64,000 nt of DNA from Tubulanus polymorphus (lineage: Eukaryota > Animalia > Nemertea): contig NC_134028.1 of NCBI RefSeq assembly GCF_964204645.1, forward strand, positions 15,569,653 to 15,633,652, given 5' to 3'. The position numbers and the translations under genes were made by a program. The notes under the pieces are model-generated. The model searched no databases, was not told the DNA's origin, and worked only from the letters and a program-made list of their open reading frames with translations. Numbering within the stretch: the stretch's first letter is position 1; the number at the start of each line of letters is the position of its first letter. Below are positions 34,801 through 45,559 of the stretch, in pieces.

Positions 34801-37800
34801 TTTATATTTGCTTCCATATATACTTTTTATCAATTTATCTACAGCATTAGTTATATAACACTTTTGGTTATTCCTTTTAACTTTTTAGCTTCATGAGTTT
34901 TAGTTTTATATGAATACATTTTAGATCTAATACCTATGAACTCTATCATTTCTTCACCACCTAATTCATCCTTGAATTTACCGGGAACTTTTTTATTATC
35001 ATTGCTAAACAATTCATGATCTTTAGGATAGTTACTAAAATCAAAATGATGTTTTAATGTTTTTAAATCATCAGTTATGTTATCAGTTTTTATCTTTAAT
35101 ATGTAAGAATCTGTATCAAAATATAATATTTCTATATGTTTTTCTCCAAAAAGTGGTTGTAATACATTATAATAGAATTCATACATTAGTAATTTTGATT
35201 CTAAAACTGAAGCGCCAACATAGATTGGTTTATTAAATTTCATTGATGTTCTTCTCAATTTAACTGTAGCTAAATTTTCATCAAATATTCTGTTACCAAC
35301 GAACTTAGGATATGTTTGTAAATGTCTAATTCTTTTACCATTACTGACTAACTCAATATCATTTCTATTTCTAATATTTTCACAAGTCTTACCATAGAAT
35401 GCATTATTCATTAACTTGAAGAAATCTTTCTCGAAATCAGTTTTAGCTTTAGTTCTCTGTTTGGTGTTAAAATCTATATATTTTTCTAACCACTTAGATT
35501 GGCTAAATGAAATATATCTATGTACTTTTTTTAGAATCATTCCTTGATTCAAATAAAACTTTAACATTCTATAATGTACTACATAATTATATTTATCATC
35601 TTGAGTTACCATTAACTTTTCTGTATGAATATGATTTTCGGGTTTAATTCTTTTTTGATAATTTGATAATTCTTCATGAGTTACAGTTTTATGTTCGGGA
35701 CAGTAAGCTAGATTTCTAGATTTAAATTTAATATGTTCAGGATATTCTAAATCTACAACAAAGAAGTAACCAGTATCTGAATCATCTGCAATATCTAGAA
35801 TTCTTTTCTTCCGATCAAATTTATCATTATTTTCATTCTGTAAAACTTCAGTTAATTCAAATACTCCATAAGGTTGTGGTTCCATCATTGCCCAACCATA
35901 CAAATTATTTGCATCTATATATAATAACTTATATCCGGGGTTACCATTTACATTGAAATATCTATCACCTAATACACCTGAAACTCCTCCTCTTATAGAT
36001 TTTTCAATTAATAGTAATTGATCTATATTTGTTAACAAATCCATTTTTATATTTGTAAATTTTAATCCACAATCCCATGTTAAACCTGGGCTAGAATAAC
36101 AATGACAAGGATCAATATTGAAATATTTTAGGTTTACATCTCTAAACCTTTCGAATATATCGGTTAATAATAATACATCTGATTTTAAATATAAATCTAC
36201 TAATTGCCCATGATTTTCTATTTTGAAATGATTCCAAATATTCAATGTTCTATTATAGACTTCATCTTTAACATATTCATTTTTTAATTCATCATAGAAT
36301 TGTTCTTTCAATAATTCAGTTATGTTAAAATCATTATGTGATTTATAAAATGAATATGGAATTGCTCCTTTATATCTCATTAATTTAAAATCATCATTAT
36401 TTGGGTAGTGTTGCTTTAATATTTTCAATTCATCATCAACTAATGATTTTGATAAGTTATCTAATGAACTATTTAAAAATCTATATGAATCTATAAATCT
36501 TAGACACCCAAATTGGAATGATATATAATTCTCAGATGTTTTAGCTAACATTCTAAATTTATAAGTTGGTATTTTATCTTTTGATCTATTTGAATTTAAT
36601 CTTTCTATTTCATTATTAATTTCTTCTATTTTATGGCATAACTGTTTGATGAATAAATGCGCATCATATCCTGATAGATTATGAAATATAACTGGTACAA
36701 AGTTAATTTTCTTAGCTTGTAAGTTACAATTCTCATGTGCGGCGCCTCTAAACTTTCCATTCAAATGATCATGGTCTCTTACTTTTTTATCTTTATAATT
36801 AAATATCTTTTCACAATAATAACATTTACCTGCAAACACAAATTCTTCTTTATCTTCTTCTGTCATTATAATTTCTATATTTGTATTCAATAATTTACTA
36901 AATCTTATTTCATATTCAATTAATAAGTCACAAAAATGATTGATAACATTTTCATTTCTATAATTATAATATTCACTTTCAATTAGTTCTGGATAATCAG
37001 ATTAATGTATAACCCGAAAGCCGCAGCTGATTGATGAATCTTTTTAATAGTATTTGTTTTTGGTGGTTCATCTGAAAAATCATTTTCATTAGAATTTAAT
37101 TTCTTTCTTTTATAATATATTTCTTTTCTATCTTGATCAGTTAGTTCTTTATTTAATTATTCAAAATCTCCATATATTACAAATGGTGCTTTATTTTTGT
37201 AATCATATTTTTTGAATTCTAATATTTTATCCTTTTCATTTGGTAAAACTAATTTACAATAATCATGATTTTCACATAATTGTTTATGATTTAATAATGC
37301 AATTTCAGTTCTGAATTTAGTTATACATTTTCTACATAGATATATTTTATTATCAAAATCATTTTCTGATTTGAAAAATAAATCAATACGTTTTATCCAC
37401 ATATAATGATTCTCATAATATAATATATCTATAACATCATTTGAATCATAATCTTTTGATAGATATAAAGGTTCTAATGTATAATGTTTTATGTTGTTAC
37501 CTTTTGTATTTGGTAATTTGATTAAATCAAATACATTTATCTTTATATTATTATCTCTTTCTATCTTTGGGATGTTTTTAATTATAACAGGATACTTATC
37601 TATCTTATAATTATTTTTAAATGGTTTATAATGAGTTAATCTACAAATATTATAAGTTGCAGGATGTAAACAACTTATTATAGCCCATAGAAAACATTTA
37701 TCATCTTCATTTTGTACATTTATTACAGCATTAGTTTTAAATGGTAGTTTAATATAACTTGTTCCATTTATACTGTCATCTTTATAATATGATAAATTAT

Positions 37801-39986
37801 TTTCATCAATTGGTTTTGATTTAGTTAACTTATTATATTTTGTGTTATAAACATGTAAAGTCATAAATATTATTTCATCAAATATTAAACCAGATCCTTC
37901 AAAATATTTCTCTTCTATTTTAGTTTTTACTTCATTATAACATTTATCTAATTTATCATCTATATGTTGTTTAGATATAATATGTTGTGAATGAGAATTT
38001 ATATTATATATTGGTTTATCTTCAGATTTTATAAACTTTACTTTAGAAGATATACTAATTTTAGGATATTCAACATCAGTTAATATTTTTATTATTTCTT
38101 TCATATTTTCTGAATGTTTTTTATTTTCTTCTAATGTTTTTCCTTTATGAAATTTAAACTCGATAGCTGCTGGACCAATATCACTTTTAAATGCTTCGGT
38201 TATCTCTATATCTTTTTTATTATCTAATGAATTAATATATTTTCTTACATCTTCCATGTATGGTCTTTTATTGTTTAATTTATTTTTTATGCTTTTAATT
38301 GTCTTCTGTTTCTTATCATTATCTTTATCAAAATAATCTTCACCTAAAATCTCATTATTCTTATTTCTAATATGACTTATAGATTTTAAATGTTCTTTAT
38401 AATATCTTTTATCACTGAATGATTGATTACATGTATCACATTTGTATGTTTCTTTTTCATTCTTTAATTCTTCTAATTTAGTTTCTAATATATCATCTTT
38501 ATATTCTAGTTTCAATTTATTCTCTGAATGTGTTTTAGTTGTGATTTTAGAAGTTCAATGATTTATATTTTATTCATATATATGAATATTTTAAGAGTAA
38601 TAGGGAATATGTTGTTTCAGGTTAAAGGTTGAATGGTCGAGTTCATTAATAACAAATATTAAAAGTCATTAAAAACTATAATATATTTTCATAACCGTGT
38701 GCATTTCAGTTGAACAATAGAATAATTATTATTATTTGAATATATTTGATTATATGAATTTGTGTATTGTAAATAAATCAATTGGTCGCGGAGCGGAGCG
38801 GTACAATATGCTTTTTAAATTATTGATATCTTAGAATAAATATTTAGTTTTTAATATAAAATGCACACGGTTATGAAAATATATTATAGTTTTTAATTAC
38901 TTTTAATGTTTTGTTTTATAATGAGCTCGACCTTTCGACCTTTGATCTGAAACAACATATTCCCTATTACTCATATAAAGGTTTGTGGCAATTCATTTCA
39001 TCAGTTCATAAAATATGGCTATCTTTCTGATGTCTTGTGTCACCAGCCGCGTTCACACAACTAGTCAGACCGGTCTAAATGGGTCCGGTCCAAATTTGGA
39101 AATTTAGACCGGACCAAATTTTGGTGAGCGTTCACACGGCGTTTTGACACGCGATGATAAAATCGCTTGTCACCGGGCCCACAACATCTGCTAAATAATT
39201 AATTGCGCCTGGATGAAGTCTTGCTTCCATATTCCAAGTAGAGCAAGACATTCTACATTTGACCAATTCGATCCTCTGTCAGGTTTATACATTTTTGCGA
39301 ACAATTCGATTTTATTCTATCATGCTGAAACTCTAAGTGTCGTTTAAACACGGTTCAAAGCACGGCAGTAAAACGGATGATGATCGCAATATACAATACA
39401 AATTACGCTGCAAACATTTCCATTGAATAGGGAGCAAAAAGAGTACTTAAAAATAATTACATAAATGGTTATAAAAGCATTTAAAACTTAATAAACTGGA
39501 CTCACACTCTACCGCAGAGGTTGCGACATCTACCGCAGAGATTCAGAATTACGAATTAGACCGGACCTGGTCCCAGTTTCTGTCCACACACGCATATTTA
39601 GACCGGTCCAAAATTTGGTCCGGACCTGGTTCACTCTATTCCACCGTGCCAAATTAGACCGGTCTAATTTGGAACGGTATTTTTGCCCGTGTGAACGCTT
39701 GGTCCGTTCTAAATTGGACCGGACCAAATTTAGACCGGTCTAAATTTCGTCGTGTGTACGCGCCTATCATCTGCTCTTGAATTTGAGTTCATGCTTCATA
39801 GAAATCAATACCTGACTATTCTATTTGCTACCTACTCTATTCAAATCTGACATCAGCACTGATGTTGGCCTACCAAAATGAGAATTCAATTTACCTGGTT
39901 TGATTTTGGTTAGGAAATCTGGTGTCGAATGGAGGTGTTTTCATAATGTACTGTGGTTCATCATCCGACATGATTGCTGCAGACAT
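16788..39986 (-). CDS. COX6B1: Cytochrome c oxidase subunit 6B, 3 coding exons, 86 aa
   Basis: complement(join 39895-39986, 24513-24627, 16788-16841) = 261 nt with compatible phases and GT-AG sites: [86 protein letters not shown]. Confidence 0.96.
17575..18950. repeat. Interspersed repeat (inverted paralogue of 42085-42722), interrupted by a Harbinger MITE
   Basis: Extended similarity to the reverse complement of 42085-42722, which lacks the 18175-18921 insertion. Confidence 0.75.
18175..18921 (+). mobile_element. Non-autonomous PIF/Harbinger element, copy 2 (MADF remnant at about 18540-18660)
   Basis: Same TIRs as 11802-12584; TTA TSD at 18172-18174 and 18922-18924; empty site near 42116; [27 protein letters not shown] is MADF-like. 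Confidence 0.88.
20059..20669 (-). pseudogene. DIRS RT/RNase H fragment followed by tyrosine recombinase C-terminal fragment
   Basis: [12 protein letters not shown]...DFHWW (RT-RH junction); [11 protein letters not shown]...LFIP...HQVRSMATS...AAFWNS...YLRDV (YR catalytic H-x-x-R, W, Y). Confidence 0.85.
21270..21457 (-). mobile_element. Penelope-like pseudo-LTR fragment inserted in DIRS gag
   Basis: AT-rich island in a GC-richer gag; on the minus strand: TATA-like (21424-21431), hammerhead, then AATAAATAAA (about 21329-21338). Confidence 0.65.
21359..21400 (-). ncRNA. Minimal type I hammerhead ribozyme
   Basis: ACAC-CUGACGA-U-GAUCUC-uagggu-GAGAUC-GAAAC-GUC-GUGU: complete core (CUGANGA, GAAA, GUC triplet), 4-bp helix I, 6-bp helix II, palindromic ACGU stub for helix III. 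Confidence 0.85.
24513..24627 (-). CDS. COX6B1: COX6B middle coding exon
   Basis: tttcag|A AAC TGT TGG...GCT TGG|gtaagt; carries the four conserved cysteines. Confidence 0.96.
25064..27999 (-). mobile_element. Non-coding LTR retroelement (TRIM/LARD-like)
   Basis: Two LTRs of about 490 bp (25064-26002 with an insertion; 27514-27999), TGT.ACC...GGTGACA ends, ATTC 4-bp TSD; on the minus strand a PBS-like TGGCGGAGAACCGGG (27497-27511) and a purine-rich tract before the other LTR (26003-26017); no gag/pol seen. Confidence 0.85.
25450..25877. mobile_element. piggyBac-like MITE inside an LTR
   Basis: TTAA|ctc.ttgcctgcc TIRs with TTAA TSD; absent from the sister LTR (empty TTAA near 27865). Confidence 0.85.
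28083..29181. mobile_element. Helentron-type (HINE) element ends with internal tandem array of about 150-bp units, truncated at the Polinton remnant
   Basis: Ends aactagg...gggacaccatgcccacttgg at 28083 and 28799; unit ttctactattcaacgccccctggtgaccata...; same family as 47836-49676. Confidence 0.8.
29348..30013 (+). CDS. Zn-finger plus HNH-like endonuclease protein of the type seen in large DNA viruses, 221 aa
   Basis: CSKC...F...KDG...CKTC N-terminus; [12 protein letters not shown]...[21 protein letters not shown]-like C-terminus. Confidence 0.7.
   Translation: MEPEQPQTINITNNTGVINIYYKKCSKCELDKSLTEFSKRKISKDGFQYCCKTCFKLYTKQYREDNIEHYNYHMAEYMRERYQTDLNFRLKQCLRSRLTQLFNEETHSETLSNLLGCSDEFLKSWIIFQFDDKMNIDDYGDYYHIDHVLRISKFNMNDEYNKKLIWGWKNLRPLEKKENIIKSNKLDLQLYLDQLDKAKKFIELWNNDPNNEQYVESLMSG
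30262..30849 (+). pseudogene. Polinton hypothetical protein; 154-aa ORF, probably with a premature stop at 30724-30726
   Basis: TAAATG start; frame appears to continue [11 protein letters not shown]... after the stop. Confidence 0.5.
30857..31228 (+). CDS. Polinton hypothetical protein with basic N-terminus and one transmembrane segment, 123 aa
   Basis: TAAATG start; hydrophobic stretch [18 protein letters not shown]. Confidence 0.6.
   Translation: MSDGVKKKARSEKQIKWARELGKRSSELKKAKKKKLTDINESQTLSDIDSNNNPSDSSNAGSNYKLYITIGLVTVIILSGVIYKSKFKSDDKYDSNDNRKHIIPENKSNHKAIETKSKLLLMD
31235..32356 (+). pseudogene. Polinton retroviral-like (rve) integrase with C-terminal chromodomain
   Basis: LRDLYYNP...; W(Q)x[30 protein letters not shown]; frameshift near 31495 and stop at 32053-32055; then YKIEKVL...[14 protein letters not shown]. 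Confidence 0.92.
32357..32955 (+). pseudogene. Polinton A32/FtsK-like packaging ATPase, frameshifted
   Basis: Walker A GVTNCGKT, Walker B LFIIDD, then [16 protein letters not shown]...RENI in a second frame. Confidence 0.9.
32966..33068. repeat. 27-bp tandem repeat (gataccccattagataccctaatacct) between convergent Polinton genes
   Basis: About 3.5 direct copies. Confidence 0.85.
33125..33586 (-). CDS. Polinton hypothetical protein, 153 aa
   Basis: Open frame with Asn/Lys-rich composition, co-oriented with capsid and PolB. Confidence 0.5.
   Translation of the reverse strand: MNTNSHITNVIERVGLKEFIEHPFRYVTKFVSNKKVNGKELYEDFLLATPNKDELDLTDANEILGSNTVNEILGANTNKDSMKHKVENNDKFDWMNKYNNETTIDDSVKKVKNKYKNNKPIIYEDTVEHLNKFLGSESDYSESDSETNYLTLK
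33641..33997 (-). CDS. Polinton hypothetical protein with (VIPTT)6 repeat, 118 aa
   Basis: TAAATG start; 15-bp tandem repeat at about 33711-33800. Confidence 0.55.
   Translation of the reverse strand: MEGGKVYKHIPYIDTHENNDGLYYVIPCNIALIFDPIFKIYKTKLIEIDNNKSEVVDNLSNVIDNNVIPTTVIPTTVIPTTVIPTTVIPTTVIPTTSNNVIPSAPKNEIILKYKDNKN
34029..34850 (-). pseudogene. Polinton major capsid protein, C-terminal part
   Basis: YKLPLDFEL...FEITFAP...[11 protein letters not shown]...RSIKGIL...[15 protein letters not shown]...ALWLDFRT...LHGSG; frameshifted tail ...[10 protein letters not shown]; N-terminus missing. Confidence 0.8.
34851..38515 (-). pseudogene. Protein-primed family B DNA polymerase, frameshifted and C-terminally truncated
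   Basis: [64 protein letters not shown]; inserted VRDHDH...AHENCN module; N-terminal C2H2 finger and [10 protein letters not shown]. Confidence 0.95.
38592..38974. mobile_element. Palindromic MITE with long inverted arms
   Basis: gagtaatagggaatatgttgtttcag... vs ...ctgaaacaacatattccctattactc; arms about 115 bp. Confidence 0.85.
39045..39765 (-). mobile_element. Non-autonomous Harbinger-like element with Myb/SANT N-terminal remnant
   Basis: TIR ag.cgcgt.cacac; many subterminal (t)agaccggtc.aaa palindromes; minus strand from 39292 reads [31 protein letters not shown]. Confidence 0.7.
39895..39986 (-). CDS. COX6B1: COX6B first coding exon
   Basis: ttttcag|atagATG...CAA ACC AG|gtaa = [31 protein letters not shown]; the acceptor at 39991 implies an upstream non-coding exon. 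Confidence 0.93.
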
Positions 39987-41479
39987 CTATCTGAAAACAA
40001 ATACATTGAAGGATTTTATCAAAACCATTTCTTCAGCAAGGTCCATAAATAAATTTGTCTAGTCTGGAAATTAGAGGTCCAGAGATATGCCCCTTTGGAA
40101 TACTCTACGAAATCAAACTAAGGGTCCTGGGACACTATTCCTATTTGGGAAGTGGTATGAAATGCTCAACAATCAAATTTGAATATCCAAGGTCTCCTGG
40201 TGATCATATAAATAAATTGCCCATGGGCAAAGTCTGGTTTACCTTGAAAACTAGAGCTTGTTTGGCAAAGGGCTTATGAAAAATCTTTTTAATTCGTGAC
40301 CTCAAAGTTCTATTATTGTATTTCATATTTCTCAAAGAATTATTTTGTCAAATAAGGCCAAAAATATACATAACAGTCCACGTCCAAAATTACGTAGGGT
40401 ACAGGTGGGCAGGAAAATTTCTAATTGAAAAAAATTTTTTTACCATATGAAAAACATGAGCCCCAAGGGGCACTATGGCCAGCCTGTCAGCTTTTCATAC
40501 AAGAAGACTTCAAAGTCCTGGGGTTCGAAGAAGCAACGTCTGATGTACAAATTATAAATCACATAAAAGAAAGGCAAATCATGAAAAGAAATTGATATTC
40601 CATTAGAGAAGTTTGTTTAAAAAAATTCAATTTGTTTTCCGTTTGCATTGCGCACGTGGTAATGTTATTGTTTACATCTGACGTCATCGATAAAATTAGG
40701 CGTGCAGCTGAGCCTGCCTGTCAATCAACATAATTGGTTTACACTAAATATGTGCTTACTTGAAAAACTATGTAGTGTATCAATCTAGAATTTTCGGCAC
40801 AATATCCGATGTTAAATACCTTACTTTAAAGGTTTATTTGGTGTAAATCGGATCACAAATATTTCTAATATTTTGTTCTTAACTTTTGAAGTGGAAGCCG
40901 GTGTCGGCATCAACGTGTGTATGGCTGTATGTACGGGTTCTGGCGCTTTAACAGGCTCAGCATTGATAGTGTATTTATGCGCAAGTAGATGTAATGATTT
41001 GTTTTAACCAACCGCTAAATCAGCATTCATTACGCATGATTTTAGAAAATGATATTAATCAGAGTAGGCCTATTTGAATATATCTATCATGATAATTTTG
41101 ATATTCTTAAAACAGGCGAATTACGTATGTGGACCTATTTCATTGAGGTGTATCACTCAATCCGAAAAAAAATCTTCCGTTCCTGTCACGTGACTTCATG
41201 ACTGCAACTTGACGATAGCTTAGGTTCTCATTCATCGAACCAAAAATGGCAAATGATGCATTCACATGGGTTGAATTTGTCCAAATACACTCCCAGCTCG
41301 ATAAACGAGTCAATCCCAGGCTAATAATTTACACAATTCAATCGTGCTTTCATAAGTAGCACAGACAGCGACTGGAGCTGGCAGGAACGAATACCTCAGA
41401 TAAATCTTTTCCCTTAGTCTTACTGATTTGAATGCGGAATAGAATGGAATTTTCTGAAATTTGCTCAATAAAACAAAAT

Positions 41480-42083
41480 TGAATTGAATTTGCTGTTGAA
41501 CCTTGTTCAATAAAGTAAAATCGAATTGGATTTGATAATTTTATTTTTGCAGAATAAAATTTGATTGAATTTGCAGTTTGAGCACATGGCATATCGAGGC
41601 GATCCATCCGATTTGAGAAAAAGCTTTTTTCCGAACTTTGCACAAATGTCAATGATATTTTCTGTTGTGCAAATAAAAATATTTCTCCCAAAAACCAAAT
41701 CAACCAAAGATTTCACAGAAATTGATATTGAAATACAATTTTAGATCTTAAAATAAAACCCAGACAATACCGCAGGTTCACGTGAACACCTGTTCATCTC
41801 TGCGGCTAAGCCAATCATAGAGGAGTCTGCTTTCTGATTGGCTTTTTAAAACAGATATTTTTGCAATCAGATTTTCGTGAAAAAGCTCATATAAATTTTA
41901 ACGAGGCCCTCTTTCAAAATTCAGCTTCGTAGGGGTAGGAGAATGGATAATGTTCTAATGAATCATTTGTATGAATATATGCTCAGTTGCACAGTCAAAG
42001 AGTAGTCTTAGCTCTGGAAACCATGTCATTCAAATTCGCTCCATTTGTATAGTAATAGGCTCAGCCTAAGGCTGGCCTGAAAA
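41480..42083. mobile_element. Internally deleted copy of the element at 215-1541
   Basis: Colinear with 215-515 and 1236-1541. Confidence 0.7.
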
Positions 42084-42084
42084 T

Positions 42085-42722
42085 GATCGAGAGTTCATTC
42101 ACTTATCTGGCTTTCTAAGATTGTCAGGTTCACCGGTGCATCAATGATTGTATAAACACATTCTCATAGTTACTTAGTAAAGACTCTATACGTCAATAAT
42201 TGTATAGTTTCGCGCGAGCACGTACTGGACTGCCGGTGGTAGGGCCTATAAATATCCAGGCATTTCCCCATGTGTCAAAAATAAAAGAAATCAATGCCAA
42301 TAAAGGTCACACCACTGCGCTCAACGCACGCTGAATACACGGGCCAGCGACATCAATTTTTCTTGTCTCCTATCCAGACGAAAAATTTTATCATCATAAC
42401 TTATCAAAGTTACCAAAATATTTTGCAAATTGAAATTAATAAATGTGTCCTCTGAAGCTGTTAGATAAAATTAAATCATATTAACAGATAGGAGAACATG
42501 GAACTATTTAATGCACGTAAGCCTTCCAATATACGGCAGAAAAGTACCTCGAACAAATTACCGACGATCGCTGCTACGTCAAAATTAACGAATTTAAACT
42601 AGGACTTATGGCTCCCGAATGCTGGTTAAACGCATCTGAGCTCCTAGTAATATAAAAATTTTCCGGGGGAGTTACTGATATGGGCTCGCGCTTTCTTTGT
42701 TCGTGCCGCCATGCTTTAATTA
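42085..42722. repeat. Interspersed repeat, uninterrupted paralogue of 17575-18950
   Basis: Reverse-complement similarity; contains the empty TTA site. Confidence 0.75.
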
Positions 42723-42766
42723 CCAACCTTCAATTGGTAGGCATGGAGAAATATTGTTAACGCTCA

Positions 42767-43207
42767 GGCTATTTTTACGACGCCTTAGACAGATGACACC
42801 AGCTATATTTACGACGTTTCAGTCTGATTGGCTTATTCACGTTGCGCATGCACACTCTGGTGCGTGACTTAGAAAATTCAAGGCAAGTGTGGAGAAAAGA
42901 GTTAGAGAAAATAGAGCGAGACTTGAACCCGGGCCAGTAAATTACTAGCGCAGCATCATACCACTAGACCACCCAGCTCGTTTGTAAACCAGTCGAATGT
43001 TTTAACTACATAGGCCTATAGGCCAAGCCTGACCTTACCATAATCCTATCACTAGGGGGTAAAACGGACCCTTACCCTAACCCTCTGGACCCTCTTCTCA
43101 CCCTCTTTACACTAACCCTCTCCTCCCTAGACCATAATCCTAAATTCAATATTAAACCGTCAAAAATATAGAATTTAAGACCGCTTTACGATGGCGTAAA
43201 TATAGCC
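42767..43207. mobile_element. MITE-like element with a tRNA-like segment and ccctaa-like repeats
   Basis: ggctat.tttacg...cgtaaatatagcc ends; minus-strand A box TGGTCTAGTGG and B box GGTTCAAGTC at about 42918-42978; degenerate ccctaa repeats at 43070-43143. Confidence 0.5.
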
Positions 43208-43889
43208 ACTTCTTATTGTTTAACTTTCAAATCATGGAGTCTCTTTTCTCTCAGGAACCCCTCTCAATGCAGACTTTTTGGATATCCTTCTATACAGTTT
43301 TAAGTGGATTAAAAAACGATATTTTAAGTCAGCTGCCTGTCCCTTCTGGTCCTAATAAGACTTTTATAAGGTATGTACGACAGGCACTTGAATATGGGCT
43401 TTGATAATGGATAAATATTTAATAATGCACCAGCGATACGTTGTTCCTACTTCGATAATCCGCCATATTTTTTAATGAATTTACCCATGATGCAACGCGC
43501 GCCTGTCGTTTAACTACACTATACAGAAAGGCTGGAAACGCTCCTATCTCCAAATGCTTAAATCTACCCGCAATTATCGGGACAAACGAACACTGCCGAT
43601 GATTGCCGAAGAATGTCCCAAGTGTCAATTTTAATCCTGAAATATAAGGAGCGCCGATAATTTTAATTGTAGATGATTTTTTGGAAACATTGACACTGTT
43701 TTAGCTCCATTAAAGTCAAAAACAGTTTTTCGTAGAATTTTAACTCAGTTGATCATGTCATCGACGGAGGTTCGCCATGTCTTCAATCGCATCGATAATA
43801 TGGCGTTTAAGCCGAGAACCAATGAAAAAAATGCTCACATAAAAAAACGTACCGCAATTTTACATGAATTGGCTCAATGCCAACATCAT

Positions 43890-44289
43890 ATCACTGACAA
43901 AGGTAAACCAAAAAGGTCACAGGACAGCCATCTCCAGTCCGATCGACCCAATTTTTCTCATACCGATGGGCCCTACAAATATATACCAACTGTCGAGGTT
44001 ATTGATAAAAGCGTCTTCAAAATTTCCCTCGAAAACTTCGAAAATGTGTAAAAAGTGCTGATTTTGGTGATTAACAATGGCTGCCAGTCAGCCATCTTGA
44101 ATCTGACAGGGCCGGTTTTTGGCCTGAAGATGTGTCTAGGGTAGATACATGTATAAACCAAGTATCAAGACATTACCTTGAAGCGCCTTCAAAACTTCCC
44201 AAAATAACTGGATTCCGTCTACGGACAGACGACGGACGAAAAGTGAACGCAATAGCCCGCTGGGACTAAAGTCCCAAGTGGGCTAAAAA
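43890..44289. mobile_element. HINE-like element terminus
   Basis: acggacagacgacggac microsatellite, inverted repeat gcccgctgggac...gtcccaagtgggc and A-run; matches 49330-49676. Confidence 0.75.
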
Positions 44290-44539
44290 TGATCTGAACT
44301 TTGGCGATCATATCATAGCAAGAAACAGTTTGTTTTCTTTAAACTGTACTGCATGAAAGTTTTAATTTATACCTGCAATTTTTTTTTGTATTTCTCTTAA
44401 GTGAATGCGCCCAGCAACAATCGGACAGCTGTTTCAGAAGTGGAAGATAAATCACCATCAGTGTTCAATGAAAATAATGGTAAGCATTAGTTTAATATGG
44501 TAATTCGCATGTGGTTTTGGTAAAAAAACAATAAGTATT

Positions 44540-44770
44540 TTAGATTGTAAAAATGTTTTTTCAGTGAGATACGATTGGACTGTTGTGTCACCAAGAAAAC
44601 TTCTTGCAGTGATAAAAGACAATTTCGATGATCTCAACGCTGCATGCAACAAAACAAAGGTGTGGTGCAAAATAGCAGAGATGAATATTCCATCCGAAAA
44701 ATGTGTTGATAAATGGAAGAATTTAAAGAAAGCGCATAGGAATTATGTACAGTTAAATAATATAAAGGTC
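44540..44770 (+). pseudogene. Myb/SANT-like remnant of a second Harbinger element
   Basis: WT...LLAVIKDN...KTKVWCKIAEM...SEKCVDKWKNLKK. Confidence 0.65.
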
Positions 44771-45559
44771 CAATGGCCCTGTGGCTCACCATTAAATCAT
44801 TGAGTGCATATATTGTCAAAAATATTATACTGAATATGCATTAATTTGGATTAGAGATGTATGAGGCTGACAACATATGCTCCTGCGGATGTGTGAGAGT
44901 GCTGTGTATACTATAATTGCCTATATATAGACTCGCTCAGGTGATTACCAACACACAGCCATACTGTAACCTATATTCGCACACACGCGCCTGACTGCTG
45001 ACGCACGTATATACAAATGTACTAGCGACGCAGTATTAGATTGACTGCAATTTCACAAGTCAGAATCGATCCAAAAATACAAACATATAGGCCTACAGAC
45101 TTTTTTTCTAGAAATCAAAACAAATACCGGCTATGATTTTTTTCTTAAATATACAGATAAATACCGACTTGTAAGACCCCTGCCATTGGTATCGTCGTAC
45201 TTGCTAGTTCAGATACTGAATTAAATAGCCTTCAGATACTGAATTAAATAGCCTACTCGCTTATACTCATGAAAACGAACAAAATTATAGGCAAACGTTC
45301 GATTTTAGTCGAATAAAATGCTCGCCATTTTGTTTTGGGTTTCACATTAGGCTTTCCCAATTACATCAGAAACGCCGAAATTCCCGGAATTTCCCGTATA
45401 GGCCTATCCCACAAACAGCCAATCACATTCATTGTAGCTCAGGCACACACTTTTTACACAATGCATTTGCATTTATTTGTTGAAGTTTAGAATAAATATT
45501 TTACATGTTGAAGTTAATAATAAACTTATAAATAATTTGAAAAACTGTAATATCGAATT

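Larger units (their letters stand above)
29182..38580. mobile_element. Decayed Maverick/Polinton (adintovirus-like) remnant B inside COX6B intron
   Basis: Integrase, A32-like ATPase, major capsid fragment and protein-primed PolB in an extremely AT-rich intronless block; TIRs not found. Confidence 0.92.

Noticed and set aside
29182-38580. Bacteriophage or bacterial contamination
   Set aside because: The combination of rve integrase with chromodomain, pPolB, A32-like ATPase and capsid is Polinton-type, and it sits in a spliceosomal intron among animal repeats.
42915-42980. tRNA gene (also 11066-11160 and about 46765-46790)
   Set aside because: A and/or B boxes only; no convincing cloverleaf or acceptor stem.
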